Below, one piece after another: positions 17,578-27,384 of a stretch of DNA of 64,000 nt. The notes under the pieces are model-generated. The model was not told where the DNA came from, did no database searches, and saw only the letters and a list, made by a program, of their open reading frames with translations. The DNA is from an uncultured bacterium (GTDB lineage Bacteria; Patescibacteriota; Microgenomatia; Levybacterales; UBA12049): the NCBI GenBank assembly GCA_963826535.1, contig CAWGXL010000010.1:426814-490813 (forward strand), given 5' to 3'. Positions within the stretch are counted from its first letter, which is position 1, and every line of letters starts with the position of its first letter. Both the position numbers and the translations under genes were made by a program.

Positions 17578-18827
17578 TATCTCCTTACAAATAAAATCGC
17601 ATTGGGTATATTTCTCCCCGGTCCTGCTTTGTATCCGCCATGCCAGAGAGCAGTTGACCCGCCGCTGTCCAGATTAAGCGCATTTTCAAGCCCAAGTGCC
17701 TTCAGCGCATATGCAACTTCGGCCACTGTCGCGTTATACACGACTCCAATATATACCGTACTCCCTTTATTCCCAACAAAACTCCGTGCCCCTTTACTTC
17801 CTTGCTTAGGATCACTGCCGCCGCCAAAAGCTATATTCCCGCCGGAGAGAAGAAGCGGCTGATTAGCAATAACTCCATCCACACCCGCATCACGACCCCA
17901 ACCTGATGACTGCCCGATAAACCTGGCAAATCCTGAACCAAATACTGCAACCGGCACAACGCTGTAGACATTATTATCCGAATTAAAGTAATGCTTGTTT
18001 TTATTCATAACAAGCGTATCAAAGGAATTGGTTTTCCCCACGCAACTGGGATATGAAGCCGGACAAAAATAAGAACCATTTATCCCCGCAAACGCACCAT
18101 TTCTACCTACATAGTCGCCAAGCGAGAGTACCGGACAATTATCACGGCAATCAGAGTCAGATGCCGTATCAACAATCACCCGCGTTGAACCCAAGTCAGC
18201 CGCAACAATACTCACAGTAAAAGCACCAATCTCAGTATTTACAGATTGATAACTAAACCCACCACTCGGTGCAGTATTGCTCGATGCAGCAGGCCCATTA
18301 GGAGCTGCTGCAACCTTAGCAGCCGCAGCTGCAGCAGCAGCCGCTGCTAGATCATCACTGATTTTTTTAATTTGTCCGTTCAAGACAGTTAATTTACTCT
18401 CCGCAGACGCATATTTTAAATCGCTTAAATCCTTTACTATATTTATGTAATCTTCGTCTAATTTATCTGTCTTTTGTTTCTGTACTTTCAGATCCTGAAT
18501 ACCCTCGAACGCTGTGATTAGAGAAGTATAAGATTTGTGGGTATTGTCGATATCTTTTTTCAGTTGCTGGTTAATTTTATACTGATCTTGATTTTTAAGA
18601 TCCACCAATGCTTTTATGCTTGATAATAAATTGAGATTTAACTTCTCTTTCTCTACGCCAAGTTTCTTATTTTCTACGTTTTGTTTTTGTATCTGATTAT
18701 TAGCTTTATTGGATTGAGACAAAAAGTAAACTGTAGAAATTGTGGTTGAGAGGGCATAGAGACCTAAAACAATAAAAATAATTTTACCCCGCGTAAACTG
18801 ATGCGCAATCTTATTCTTGTAGGACAT
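17577..18827 (-). CDS. Membrane-anchored phosphodiester glycosidase family (NAGPA/DUF2233-like) protein
   Basis: N-terminal TM, coiled-coil, poly-Ala/Pro linker (AAAAAAAAKVAAAPNGPAASS). C-terminal domain has NLDSGGSTALW and GINGSYF motifs typical of the phosphodiester glycosidase family. Confidence 0.5.
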   Translation of the reverse strand: MSYKNKIAHQFTRGKIIFIVLGLYALSTTISTVYFLSQSNKANNQIQKQNVENKKLGVEKEKLNLNLLSSIKALVDLKNQDQYKINQQLKKDIDNTHKSYTSLITAFEGIQDLKVQKQKTDKLDEDYINIVKDLSDLKYASAESKLTVLNGQIKKISDDLAAAAAAAAAAKVAAAPNGPAASSNTAPSGGFSYQSVNTEIGAFTVSIVAADLGSTRVIVDTASDSDCRDNCPVLSLGDYVGRNGAFAGINGSYFCPASYPSCVGKTNSFDTLVMNKNKHYFNSDNNVYSVVPVAVFGSGFARFIGQSSGWGRDAGVDGVIANQPLLLSGGNIAFGGGSDPKQGSKGARSFVGNKGSTVYIGVVYNATVAEVAYALKALGLENALNLDSGGSTALWHGGYKAGPGRNIPNAILFVRR

Positions 18828-18888
18828 AAAATTATTTTAGCAACTTTTTTACCCGGATGTAAATACTATTGACAAAAAGAGCATTATT

Positions 18889-19209
18889 GTGTACATTTAT
18901 AACATGACACAAGTGATCCCGGTTACCGAGGCAAGAAAAAATTTATTGAAGCTCGTTGATGAAGTCGACAAGAAATACACACGCATTGATCTGACCAAAA
19001 ACGGCCGGGTTAAAGCAACCATAGTCTCTCCTGATTATATTGATTCACTAGAAGAAACACTTTATACGCTTGAACACTCTATGAAAGATATTCGCCGTGC
19101 AGAAAAAGAAATTGCGAAAGGAAATTTTGTAACCCTTGAAGAGTTAAAAAAAGATCTTGCCATTCGAACAGCAAAAGAAAAGACGAAAGAAAAGAAACAT
19201 GTCCGCTAA
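18889..19209 (+). CDS. Type II antitoxin, Phd/YefM family
   Basis: N-terminus MTQVIPVTEARKNLLKLVDEV...RIDLTKNGRVKATIV fits the Phd/YefM fold. Overlaps the downstream toxin by 11 nt. Confidence 0.7.
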   Translation: MYIYNMTQVIPVTEARKNLLKLVDEVDKKYTRIDLTKNGRVKATIVSPDYIDSLEETLYTLEHSMKDIRRAEKEIAKGNFVTLEELKKDLAIRTAKEKTKEKKHVR

Positions 19210-19456
19210 ATCACTCATTATCGAAAGGCCAGCAAAGAAAAAACTCAAGAAATTTACCCACGAAATCCACATGAGAATTATTACTGCCTTCGTTGAGATT
19301 CAAAATAATCCCTTAATAGGAGAAAAATTGCGTGGCGAACTTCAAGGATATTATAAACTTCGTTTAGGGGACTATAGAATTGTTTATTCCTTCGACTCAA
19401 AACAAAGCAAAGTTAGTGTAGTAAAAATCGAACACAGACAAGGTATTTATAAATAA
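19199..19456 (+). CDS. Type II toxin, RelE/ParE family
   Basis: 85 aa. C-terminal LRLGDYRIVYSFDSKQSKVSVVKIEHRQGIYK matches RelE/ParE (GDYRIIY...V.V..I.HR). Start MSAKSLII at 19199. Confidence 0.7.
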   Translation: MSAKSLIIERPAKKKLKKFTHEIHMRIITAFVEIQNNPLIGEKLRGELQGYYKLRLGDYRIVYSFDSKQSKVSVVKIEHRQGIYK

Positions 19457-19466
19457 TATTTTTTCT

Positions 19467-20255
19467 TCATTTTATATCGTCCCAGATATTTTTAAACACC
19501 TCACGCAGATTATGAGCAAGAGTAGCATCTCTGATTTCTAGAAGATAAAAAGGGTGTTCTCGTGTATTTATCATTATCACATAGTTCCCGATAATCCATG
19601 TGGTTGCTGTAAATTGGCTCGCCTTGCTCCAGAACTTAATTTCCCGCCTTGTATATATATCTTTAAGCGCCTGCTCGGTCTGAGATGTATTGCTCAATAA
19701 TTTTACTGTCAGACCAAAATGTTCATGTTCCCAAAGCCATTCAAGCCATTTTTTATAATGCTCAACAAGTGTGTGATCCTGAAAACCCCAATTTATACCA
19801 TCAGTTTTCATTGCGTCTTTATACCAATTTTTCGAACGGGTATACAAATACTCCTCCAGTTGATTTTCTTCGATAAATCGGATTCGTGGTACCGAAAATT
19901 TTTCTGTTTTGAATAGTTGCGAGAGATCTGCAACAGTCTGGTTTATTAATCCTTCTTTTTTACCCAATGCAACCTTTTCTTTTTCTATAAGATTACCAAG
20001 CTCCATTGGCGGCAATGCAACTAAAGAAATTTTTTTACCGGCAAGATCTTCTGCAATAACCCCCTTAGCAACAAGGCTTTTAGCAATCGCGTACACAGTC
20101 ACTCTCTTAATATTGGTTATTGTGGCAAGCTCAACAGGTGTAGCTCGACCAAGACCAAGTAATGCTTTATAGACCTCAATCTCTTTTTGCTTGAATCCAA
20201 GCCTTATTAGATTTAAATAAAGATTTTCCATAATTTTATTATACATTGTTGTCAA
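19467..20255 (-). CDS. TrmB-family transcriptional regulator (paralog 3)
   Basis: HTH: EIEVYKALLGLGRATPVELATITNIKRVTVYAIAKSLVAKGVI. C-terminus ends ...VFKNIWDDI. Divergent from the ABC transporter operon. Confidence 0.65.
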   Translation of the reverse strand: MTTMYNKIMENLYLNLIRLGFKQKEIEVYKALLGLGRATPVELATITNIKRVTVYAIAKSLVAKGVIAEDLAGKKISLVALPPMELGNLIEKEKVALGKKEGLINQTVADLSQLFKTEKFSVPRIRFIEENQLEEYLYTRSKNWYKDAMKTDGINWGFQDHTLVEHYKKWLEWLWEHEHFGLTVKLLSNTSQTEQALKDIYTRREIKFWSKASQFTATTWIIGNYVIMINTREHPFYLLEIRDATLAHNLREVFKNIWDDIK

Positions 20256-20283
20256 AATATTGTCAACATATGTCGGACAAATC

Positions 20284-20312
20284 TTGACATAGTAAACTTT
20301 TTTAGCTACAAT
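20284..20312 (+). promoter_or_regulatory. Consensus-like sigma70 promoter of ABC transporter operon, with adjacent TGTCAA/TTGACA repeats
   Basis: TTGACA (20284-20289), 17-nt spacer, TACAAT (20307-20312). Upstream are GTTGTCAAaatatTGTCAAC repeats, a candidate operator. Confidence 0.5.
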
Positions 20313-20318
20313 CTCACA

Positions 20319-21179
20319 ATGAAAAACTCAATAATCATTTTACTAGTAGCTATATTATCACTAGCGGTCTCGTTTATTGGAACTAGAATTTTTTTAACAA
20401 ACACAGATCAAAACCAAGACCTTTTAGCTAAAGTTTTGGACCGTGGAGAAATTCGAGCCGGGTATATCGTCTATCCTCCATCATTTATTAAAGACCCGGC
20501 TACAGGAAAGATGTCAGGTATTACTTACGATGCTATAGAAAAAGCGGGTAGAAATCTTGAACTTAAAATAAATTGGGTAGAGGAAACAGGTTGGGGAACC
20601 ATGATTGAAGGCTTAAATACCGAAAGATATGACATTGTTGTGAGTGGAATATGGCCGAACTCTGTACGAGGAAAAAATGCTGACTTTACAATCCCTTTAT
20701 ATTACAGTGCAGTTGGCATTTATACACGTACCAATGATGATCGTTTCTACGAATTAAGTAAAATAAATAATAAAGATGTAACTATCGCTACAATTGACGG
20801 CGAAATGTCATCTTTTATCACTAAAGCAACATTTCCGAAGGCTAAGACTCTTTCCTTGACACAGGATGCACAGATTTCCCAATTGTTGCTTAATATAAAA
20901 ACCGGAAAAGCTGATGTGACTTTTGTTGAAACAGCAATAGCCCAAGAATTTCTAGCAAACAATCCTGACTCGATAAAAAATATTGTACCAAACAACCCAA
21001 TACGATCCTTCGGTAACTCTATTCTTGTACCGAAAAATCAGGAGGGTTTCAAATCAATGATGAATACTGCTCTCGAAGAATTATTTAACAGCGGGTACAT
21101 AGATGAATTACTAAAGAAATACGAAAAATATCCCGACTCATTATATCCGGTAGCGAAGCCATATGCCACTCCCATCTAG
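20319..21179 (+). CDS. ABC transporter substrate-binding protein, polar amino acid family (paralog 1)
   Basis: N-terminal signal anchor plus family-3 SBP fold. About 75% identical to paralog 2. Confidence 0.7.
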   Translation: MKNSIIILLVAILSLAVSFIGTRIFLTNTDQNQDLLAKVLDRGEIRAGYIVYPPSFIKDPATGKMSGITYDAIEKAGRNLELKINWVEETGWGTMIEGLNTERYDIVVSGIWPNSVRGKNADFTIPLYYSAVGIYTRTNDDRFYELSKINNKDVTIATIDGEMSSFITKATFPKAKTLSLTQDAQISQLLLNIKTGKADVTFVETAIAQEFLANNPDSIKNIVPNNPIRSFGNSILVPKNQEGFKSMMNTALEELFNSGYIDELLKKYEKYPDSLYPVAKPYATPI

Positions 21180-21206
21180 CTCACTATGATATAATCCATT
21201 AAGTCT

Positions 21207-22067
21207 ATGAACACTACAAAAACAATTCTACTTGTAATCGTAGTGGCGCTAATTACATCTTTAATCGGAGTCAAGATTTTTTCCGACAACACAAGCAAAA
21301 AGGAAGACCTTTTAGCCAAAGTTTTGGCAAAAGGTGAAATTCGTGCTGCATATTTCATATATTCGCCGACATTTATTAAAGATCCCAATACTGGAAAATT
21401 CTCTGGCATTTTCCATGACGCTCTCGAAGAAGCTGGGGGGAACCTCAACTTAAAAATTAATTGGGTTGAAGAAGTCGGCTATGGCGAGATGCTCGAAGGT
21501 CTGAATGCCGGGCGATACGATATTATTGGGAGTAATGTATGGCCTAACTCAACACGTGGGAAAAATGCGGACTTCACTATTCCATTATATTACAGCGGGG
21601 TTGGTATTTATACCCGTACTGGTGATGACCGTTTCTCTGACTTAAGTAGTATAAATAATAAGGAAGTTACAATCTCTACAATTGACGGCGAGATGTCCTC
21701 CTTCATTGCCAAGACAACTTTTCCGAATGCCAAAACGCTCTCACTACCACAAAATACACAGTTTTCACAAATATTGCTCAATATAAAAACTGGTAAAGCA
21801 GACTTAACTTTTGTGGATGAAGCAATAGCCCAAGAATTTTTAGCTAACAACCCGGACTCAGTGCAAAATATTGTGCCAGGTAATCCAATCAGGTACTTTG
21901 GCAACACTATAGTTGTACCGAAAAATCAGGAAGGGTTCAAATCAATGATTAACACTGCTCTGGAAGAGTTGTTAAACAATGGATATATAGATGAATTAAT
22001 AAAGAAATACGAAAAACATCCCGGCTCGTTATATCCGGTAGCAAAACCGTATACTCCGCCTAATTAA
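21207..22067 (+). CDS. ABC transporter substrate-binding protein, polar amino acid family (paralog 2)
   Basis: Tandem duplicate of 20319-21179. Same length (286 aa). Confidence 0.7.
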   Translation: MNTTKTILLVIVVALITSLIGVKIFSDNTSKKEDLLAKVLAKGEIRAAYFIYSPTFIKDPNTGKFSGIFHDALEEAGGNLNLKINWVEEVGYGEMLEGLNAGRYDIIGSNVWPNSTRGKNADFTIPLYYSGVGIYTRTGDDRFSDLSSINNKEVTISTIDGEMSSFIAKTTFPNAKTLSLPQNTQFSQILLNIKTGKADLTFVDEAIAQEFLANNPDSVQNIVPGNPIRYFGNTIVVPKNQEGFKSMINTALEELLNNGYIDELIKKYEKHPGSLYPVAKPYTPPN

Positions 22068-22074
22068 TTCATAT

Positions 22075-22935
22075 ATGAATATAAAAACTATTTTACTCGT
22101 TGTTATAGTTGCTATTATTGCTTCTTTTGTGACGTCCAAAATTTTATCGGATAAAACATATAATTCGAACAACATGCTGGATACAGTTTTAGAAAAAGGA
22201 AAAATCCGAGCTGCATATTTAGTCTATCCGCCGTATTTTATTAAAGACACTAAGACCGGGAAATTTTCAGGCATATTTTACGATATAACAGAGTTATTAG
22301 GTAAAAAACTTGATCTAAAAGTAGAATGGACTGAAGAGGTTGGCTTTGCGGATATATTTACAGGTCTTGACAGTGGACGCTATGATGTTTTTGCAGGAGG
22401 ACTCTGGCCCGGCGCAACTCGCGCAAAAGCCGGATATTTCTCAACTCCCGTTTTTTACAGTCTAATAAAAGCCTGGGGAAGAGCCGATGATCATAGGTTT
22501 GACAACAATCTCGCGGCTATTAATTCTCCAAACGTTCATATTTCCACTATAGACGGAGCAATGGAGGATATTATTGCCAAAGCAGATTTTGAAAAAGCAC
22601 AAAGAGAATCATTGCCCCAACTAAGTCCATTTACACAAAATTTTCTAAATATTACCTCTGGCAAGGCAGACGTTACATTTGCAGAACCTTCTTCTGTTCA
22701 CTTCTTTTTGAAAAACAATCCAGGCACACTGAGAGAAATCGCTCCGAACCAGCCATTACGTATATTTGGAAACAGCCTAGTCTTAAAAAGGGGGGAAGAT
22801 GAATTTAAGCAGGTGATTGACGCAGCCATCGATGAAGCCGTCTTTAGCGGAGAGATAGATAAGATTTTAAAAAAATATGAATCTTCTCCGGATGAATTCC
22901 CCAGACCCGCACTTCCTTATGCCCAGACTAATTAA
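22075..22935 (+). CDS. ABC transporter substrate-binding protein, polar amino acid family (paralog 3, divergent)
   Basis: Same length and architecture. About 40% identity to paralogs 1 and 2. Confidence 0.65.
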   Translation: MNIKTILLVVIVAIIASFVTSKILSDKTYNSNNMLDTVLEKGKIRAAYLVYPPYFIKDTKTGKFSGIFYDITELLGKKLDLKVEWTEEVGFADIFTGLDSGRYDVFAGGLWPGATRAKAGYFSTPVFYSLIKAWGRADDHRFDNNLAAINSPNVHISTIDGAMEDIIAKADFEKAQRESLPQLSPFTQNFLNITSGKADVTFAEPSSVHFFLKNNPGTLREIAPNQPLRIFGNSLVLKRGEDEFKQVIDAAIDEAVFSGEIDKILKKYESSPDEFPRPALPYAQTN

Positions 22936-22938
22936 CGC

Positions 22939-23604
22939 ATGAACGTAATAGATATCATAATTAATTTTAGAGAAGCTCTTGTCGCTGGACTTCTTGTCAC
23001 TTTAGGATTATGCCTTATTGTTTGGCTATCAGGCATGATATTTGGCGTGCTCTTTGGTTGGCTTGCTCACCGTAAACAAGAAAATGTCGGATACGCTTTA
23101 AAAATTTCGTCATTTCTTTTAGCAAGTATTCCTCTTCTGGTTTTATTATTTTGGCTTCACTACCCACTCCAAGAATTGTTAGGAGTTGTAATTATTCCAT
23201 TCATCACAGCGGCAGTAGCTCTTTCACTTCTAAATATCGTTAGTGTTGCCCAAATAGTAAGAGACGTGCTTGCTGAATTTCCGGAGGAATACAGAATAGC
23301 AGGAAAAGTTTGCGGACTTTCAGAAAAAGAAATTTTTGCCAAAATAGAATTCCCGATTATCTTTCGTCAAATCATTCCTCAATTTCTGACCCTGCAAGTG
23401 AACATGCTCCAAATGACTTTATTTGCAAGTCTTATTTCTGTTGAAGAAATCTTCCGCGTTGCCCAAAGAATAAATTCAATGATTTACAAACCTGTCGAGA
23501 TTTATACAGCGCTCGCGATCTTTTTCATTGGTATCTGTCTGCCCCTAAATATTCTTGCCTACTGGCTGAAAAACAAATACACGAGAAATTTATCTGAAAA
23601 ATAA
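22939..23604 (+). CDS. ABC transporter permease (polar amino acid, HisM/GlnP-like)
   Basis: Five or six TM helices. EAA-like loop ...SVEEIFRVAQRINS. Confidence 0.7.
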   Translation: MNVIDIIINFREALVAGLLVTLGLCLIVWLSGMIFGVLFGWLAHRKQENVGYALKISSFLLASIPLLVLLFWLHYPLQELLGVVIIPFITAAVALSLLNIVSVAQIVRDVLAEFPEEYRIAGKVCGLSEKEIFAKIEFPIIFRQIIPQFLTLQVNMLQMTLFASLISVEEIFRVAQRINSMIYKPVEIYTALAIFFIGICLPLNILAYWLKNKYTRNLSEK

Positions 23605-23605
23605 T

Positions 23606-24325
23606 ATGCTACAAGCAACTAACATTACAAAATCAATAAATGGCAGAAGTATACTAAAAGACGTTTCACTTTCGCTGAAAAGCGGAGAAATAGTTTCCAT
23701 AATCGGCCCCAGCGGAGCAGGAAAAACTAGTTTACTTCGGGCAATCTCATTGATTGATCTGCCAAACTCCGGCTCTTTGACTATTGGAAAAGAAATCTAT
23801 CAATTCCCCATAATTCAAAGTGAATTGCTGAGATTGCCATACCCTGATTTAACAGTTGTATTCCAACAACTCTTTATCTGGCCGCATTTAACAATCAGAC
23901 AAAATCTCACCCTTCCGCTGAGAGAAAATATTGACCAAAAACACTTTAAAGAAATGACTGCATTGTTCCAAATGAATTCGTTTTTAGATAGGTATCCGAA
24001 CGAAGTATCTCTAGGCCAACGCCAAAGAGCCGCACTCGTACGCGCTTTATTACTAAAACCAAAATATCTCCTGCTCGATGAGGTAACCTCTGCTTTAGAT
24101 ATAGAACAATCACATCTTATCCTAAGTCACCTCAAGCATATTGCCGAAAAGGGTGTTGGTATAATGTTTGTGAGCCACGCACTGCATTACGTCAGCAAAA
24201 TCAGCGATAAGGTTATCTTTCTCGATAATGGATTAGTTTCAGAAGAAGGAAAAAACGACATTTTGACTAAACCAAAAACAGAGCGGCTGAGAAAATTTAT
24301 TAAAGTTTCCCAACAAATTTTTTAA
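23606..24325 (+). CDS. ABC transporter ATP-binding protein
   Basis: Walker A GPSGAGKTS, signature LSLGQRQRAALVRAL, Walker B LLLDEVTSALD, H-loop FVSHA. Confidence 0.85.
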   Translation: MLQATNITKSINGRSILKDVSLSLKSGEIVSIIGPSGAGKTSLLRAISLIDLPNSGSLTIGKEIYQFPIIQSELLRLPYPDLTVVFQQLFIWPHLTIRQNLTLPLRENIDQKHFKEMTALFQMNSFLDRYPNEVSLGQRQRAALVRALLLKPKYLLLDEVTSALDIEQSHLILSHLKHIAEKGVGIMFVSHALHYVSKISDKVIFLDNGLVSEEGKNDILTKPKTERLRKFIKVSQQIF

Positions 24326-24401
24326 CTCATTCATCCACCTACATGCAAATCTCAAATAAATCTTGTATAATTATACATTAGGGACTTGTGCCTTATAAAT
24401 T

Positions 24402-25616
24402 ATGAAATCACGCAAAGTTCTTTTCTTAGAAGCATCAGGCGGCGGCGGCCACATTAGTATCACCACCTCAATTATTCAATCTCTCAAAAAAGAAAATCCA
24501 AATATTGAAACTGTACGCGTTGATGTAATGCCATCTTTGGCCCACAAACTCTACCAACTTGCCAGCCGACAATTTGTCAATGCCTTTCTTCTTCTTTATA
24601 AAGCCACCGACAACCAACAAAGCGAACGTTTCACTTCAAGACTAAACCACGTAGTAAGTAGGGAAAAACTAACAAAGGCGATCGAAGAAGCAAAACCTGA
24701 CCTGATATTTAGTAATTATTCATTAGCAATTGGTGAAATCCCAAAAATTCTTGAAGAAATAAACAAGCCTATACCTTTTATAGTTTTTGTTCCTGATCCA
24801 TTTACAGTCCATAACATTTATCTTTCCAAAAAAACCGATATGACTCTTGTATCAACCCTTACAGCATACCTTGCTGCTTTACACAAGGGCATTTCTCCGG
24901 AGCGTTTGGATATTACGGGACACCCTGTTCGCGAAGAATTCATTAAAAAGCCTTCAAATATAAAAGCCTTCAGACGGCAGCTTGGACTCGACCCTGATGC
25001 CTTTACAATTTTCTTCGGAGGATCAGGCCATGGTGCGGAAAAAACTCTGGAAATTTTGATTTATCTGGGTGCGAAACCAAGTGGAAATCTAATCAAGCGT
25101 CTTATTCGTTCTGCTAATCTTGATTATAAAACATATTATAAATTATTTTTTAAATTCGTAAAGCGTAAAAATAGAAATATGCCGCCTTTCCAGGCAATAT
25201 GTGTTTGTGGTGACAATATTGAATTAAAAAAAAATTTAGAAATGCTAGAATTTCCACCCTATATTAAACCGGTAATCTATTTACATTCAGATAATATAGC
25301 CTCACTAGTTCACGCTTCTGATTTGGTCTGTGGGAAAGCAGGCCCCAATATCATACTTGAGTCAGTTATGGCTGGCATTCCATTTCTAGCAACCTACCAT
25401 ATCAAGGGACAAGAAGATGGTAATATTAATTTTATAAAGTCAACTCAACTGGGATTTGTAGAAGAAAATCCGCAAAATACCGCTGTCCTAATCGAAACTA
25501 TTTTAAAAAACAAAAAACTCTTAAGTTACACAAATCCAGGAATTTCCTATGTGTTACAAGAACACAAAAATGCTGCAACAAAAATAGCGAATCATATAAT
25601 AAAATATCTTAATTAA
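24402..25616 (+). CDS. Glycosyltransferase, MGDG synthase/UgtP-like (GT28 family)
   Basis: N-terminal EASGGGGHISITTSI (G-loop of diacylglycerol glycosyltransferases). C-terminal GT-B domain. Confidence 0.5.
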   Translation: MKSRKVLFLEASGGGGHISITTSIIQSLKKENPNIETVRVDVMPSLAHKLYQLASRQFVNAFLLLYKATDNQQSERFTSRLNHVVSREKLTKAIEEAKPDLIFSNYSLAIGEIPKILEEINKPIPFIVFVPDPFTVHNIYLSKKTDMTLVSTLTAYLAALHKGISPERLDITGHPVREEFIKKPSNIKAFRRQLGLDPDAFTIFFGGSGHGAEKTLEILIYLGAKPSGNLIKRLIRSANLDYKTYYKLFFKFVKRKNRNMPPFQAICVCGDNIELKKNLEMLEFPPYIKPVIYLHSDNIASLVHASDLVCGKAGPNIILESVMAGIPFLATYHIKGQEDGNINFIKSTQLGFVEENPQNTAVLIETILKNKKLLSYTNPGISYVLQEHKNAATKIANHIIKYLN

Positions 25617-25635
25617 AAATAGAATTTATCAAACA

Positions 25636-26070
25636 ATGAAAACAGTAAACGTTGTCGCGCAGACAAAAAACCTGTCGCTAGATTCAGCTTGGAAATTAAT
25701 CACAGAAATTGAAAAATATCCTCAAAGAGTAAAATATGTCAAAAAAGTAAAAGTGTATGGCGCGGGAGTTGGATCGCAGTGGGAAGACCTCACAACTATC
25801 CTTTGGATCCCGCTTACAATGCGGCACACCATTACATCATTTAAAAAAAATGAGGAGTACGGCTTTACTATACCACTTAGCTTTGGGGGGGTAATGAAGC
25901 AAAATTATATAATCTCTAAGGAAAAACGGGATGCTGTAACAATAAAAGGATCAATAACATATGACTTGGGAAATAAATTTCTCAACAACACAATAGGCTC
26001 TATACTAAACCGCCGACTAAAAAAAATGCTTTTATCATCCATTCGAAATATAGACGGAGAAGTATTATAA
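25636..26070 (+). CDS. SRPBCC (START/polyketide-cyclase-like) domain protein
   Basis: 144 aa. N-terminal pattern ...SLDSAWKLITEIEKYPQRVKYVKKVKV matches the family. Confidence 0.4.
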   Translation: MKTVNVVAQTKNLSLDSAWKLITEIEKYPQRVKYVKKVKVYGAGVGSQWEDLTTILWIPLTMRHTITSFKKNEEYGFTIPLSFGGVMKQNYIISKEKRDAVTIKGSITYDLGNKFLNNTIGSILNRRLKKMLLSSIRNIDGEVL

Positions 26071-26079
26071 TATAAATAC

Positions 26080-27339
26080 ATGAGAATACTATTTGCAACA
26101 GATCAATACTTACCAACTCCCGGTGGGATCTCTATCGTAACGCAAAGAATTTCAGTTGCTCTTGCAAAAAAAGGACATACAGTTGCCGTTATCGCGCCTT
26201 CAAATTCATGGAAATTCAAAAAAGAACTACAAGATAAAGTCGTTATCTTTAGAATTAGTTCATTGCTTGTGCATAAGTTAAAACAACTCCGCTACTCACC
26301 AACATTTCTGTACAAAAATAAAATAAAAAATATCATCAATAATTTCAAACCTGATATCATCCATCTGGAAACACCTAATACTATTGCTAGCGAAACTCTC
26401 CATGTAGCCAAAAAACTAAACATCCCTGTTATTGCCACGTGTCATATTATGCCGGAAAATATTTCAGGCACTCTACCATTCTTACCATCCAAAATTGGGA
26501 AAATGATCGGCAATCTTTATATGAAACAGATAATTAAACTGTTTAACAAAGTAGATTTTGTAACCGCACCCACTCTTATAGGTACTGCAATTTTACAAGC
26601 TAACAACATTAATCGGCCCACACTCGCGCTGTCTAACGGAATTGATCTCCTACAATTTCAATCTCCTTCAAAAGAAGCCCAAACTAACCTTCGCAAAAAA
26701 TATAAACTACCTTCTATTCCTATAATTTTATATATAGGCAGACTGGATAAAGAAAAGAAAGTTGATATTCTTATTGAATCTCTACAATACCTAAAAAAAT
26801 CACAACCATTTTATCTTATACTCGAAGGGAAAGGTCAACAAAAAGAGAACCTGGAAGAACAAGTTCGAAAATTAGGATTACAAAATAATGTCTCCTTCAT
26901 CGGGTATGTAGACGAACATGAGTTACCTATTTTATATGCGATTTCCACAGTGTTTGTAATGCCAAGCACTGCCGAATTGCAAAGCTTGGTGACAATGGAA
27001 GCAATGGCACTTGGCCTTCCGGTCATAGGCGCGCTGGCAGGTGCCTTACCCTACCTTATCAAAAATGATAAAAATGGTTTCCTCTTCGAACCGGATAATC
27101 CTGTAGATTTAGCCCAAAAACTGCAGCTAGTTTTGGAAAACCCCCAATTACAAAAAAACATGTCTGCAGAAAGCCTATCAATAATTAAAGAACACGACAT
27201 TAATAATATTATTGTAAAAATGGAAGCGCTCTACGCAAAAATAATCAAAGATCATTTCAAATCATCTACTATATCAGTAGAAGCAAGCTCACCTGCAATT
27301 ACAAATGAGAGTACGCCAACACTGCTTGACAGAGCGTAA
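26080..27339 (+). CDS. Glycosyltransferase family 4 (GT-B, retaining)
   Basis: C-terminal EX7E region: FVMPSTAELQSLVTMEAMALGLPVIG ... GFLFEP. Confidence 0.85.
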   Translation: MRILFATDQYLPTPGGISIVTQRISVALAKKGHTVAVIAPSNSWKFKKELQDKVVIFRISSLLVHKLKQLRYSPTFLYKNKIKNIINNFKPDIIHLETPNTIASETLHVAKKLNIPVIATCHIMPENISGTLPFLPSKIGKMIGNLYMKQIIKLFNKVDFVTAPTLIGTAILQANNINRPTLALSNGIDLLQFQSPSKEAQTNLRKKYKLPSIPIILYIGRLDKEKKVDILIESLQYLKKSQPFYLILEGKGQQKENLEEQVRKLGLQNNVSFIGYVDEHELPILYAISTVFVMPSTAELQSLVTMEAMALGLPVIGALAGALPYLIKNDKNGFLFEPDNPVDLAQKLQLVLENPQLQKNMSAESLSIIKEHDINNIIVKMEALYAKIIKDHFKSSTISVEASSPAITNESTPTLLDRA

Positions 27340-27384
27340 TCTCTTTGATAATATCAAACGCATACCTGCCCCTTACTCCACTTT

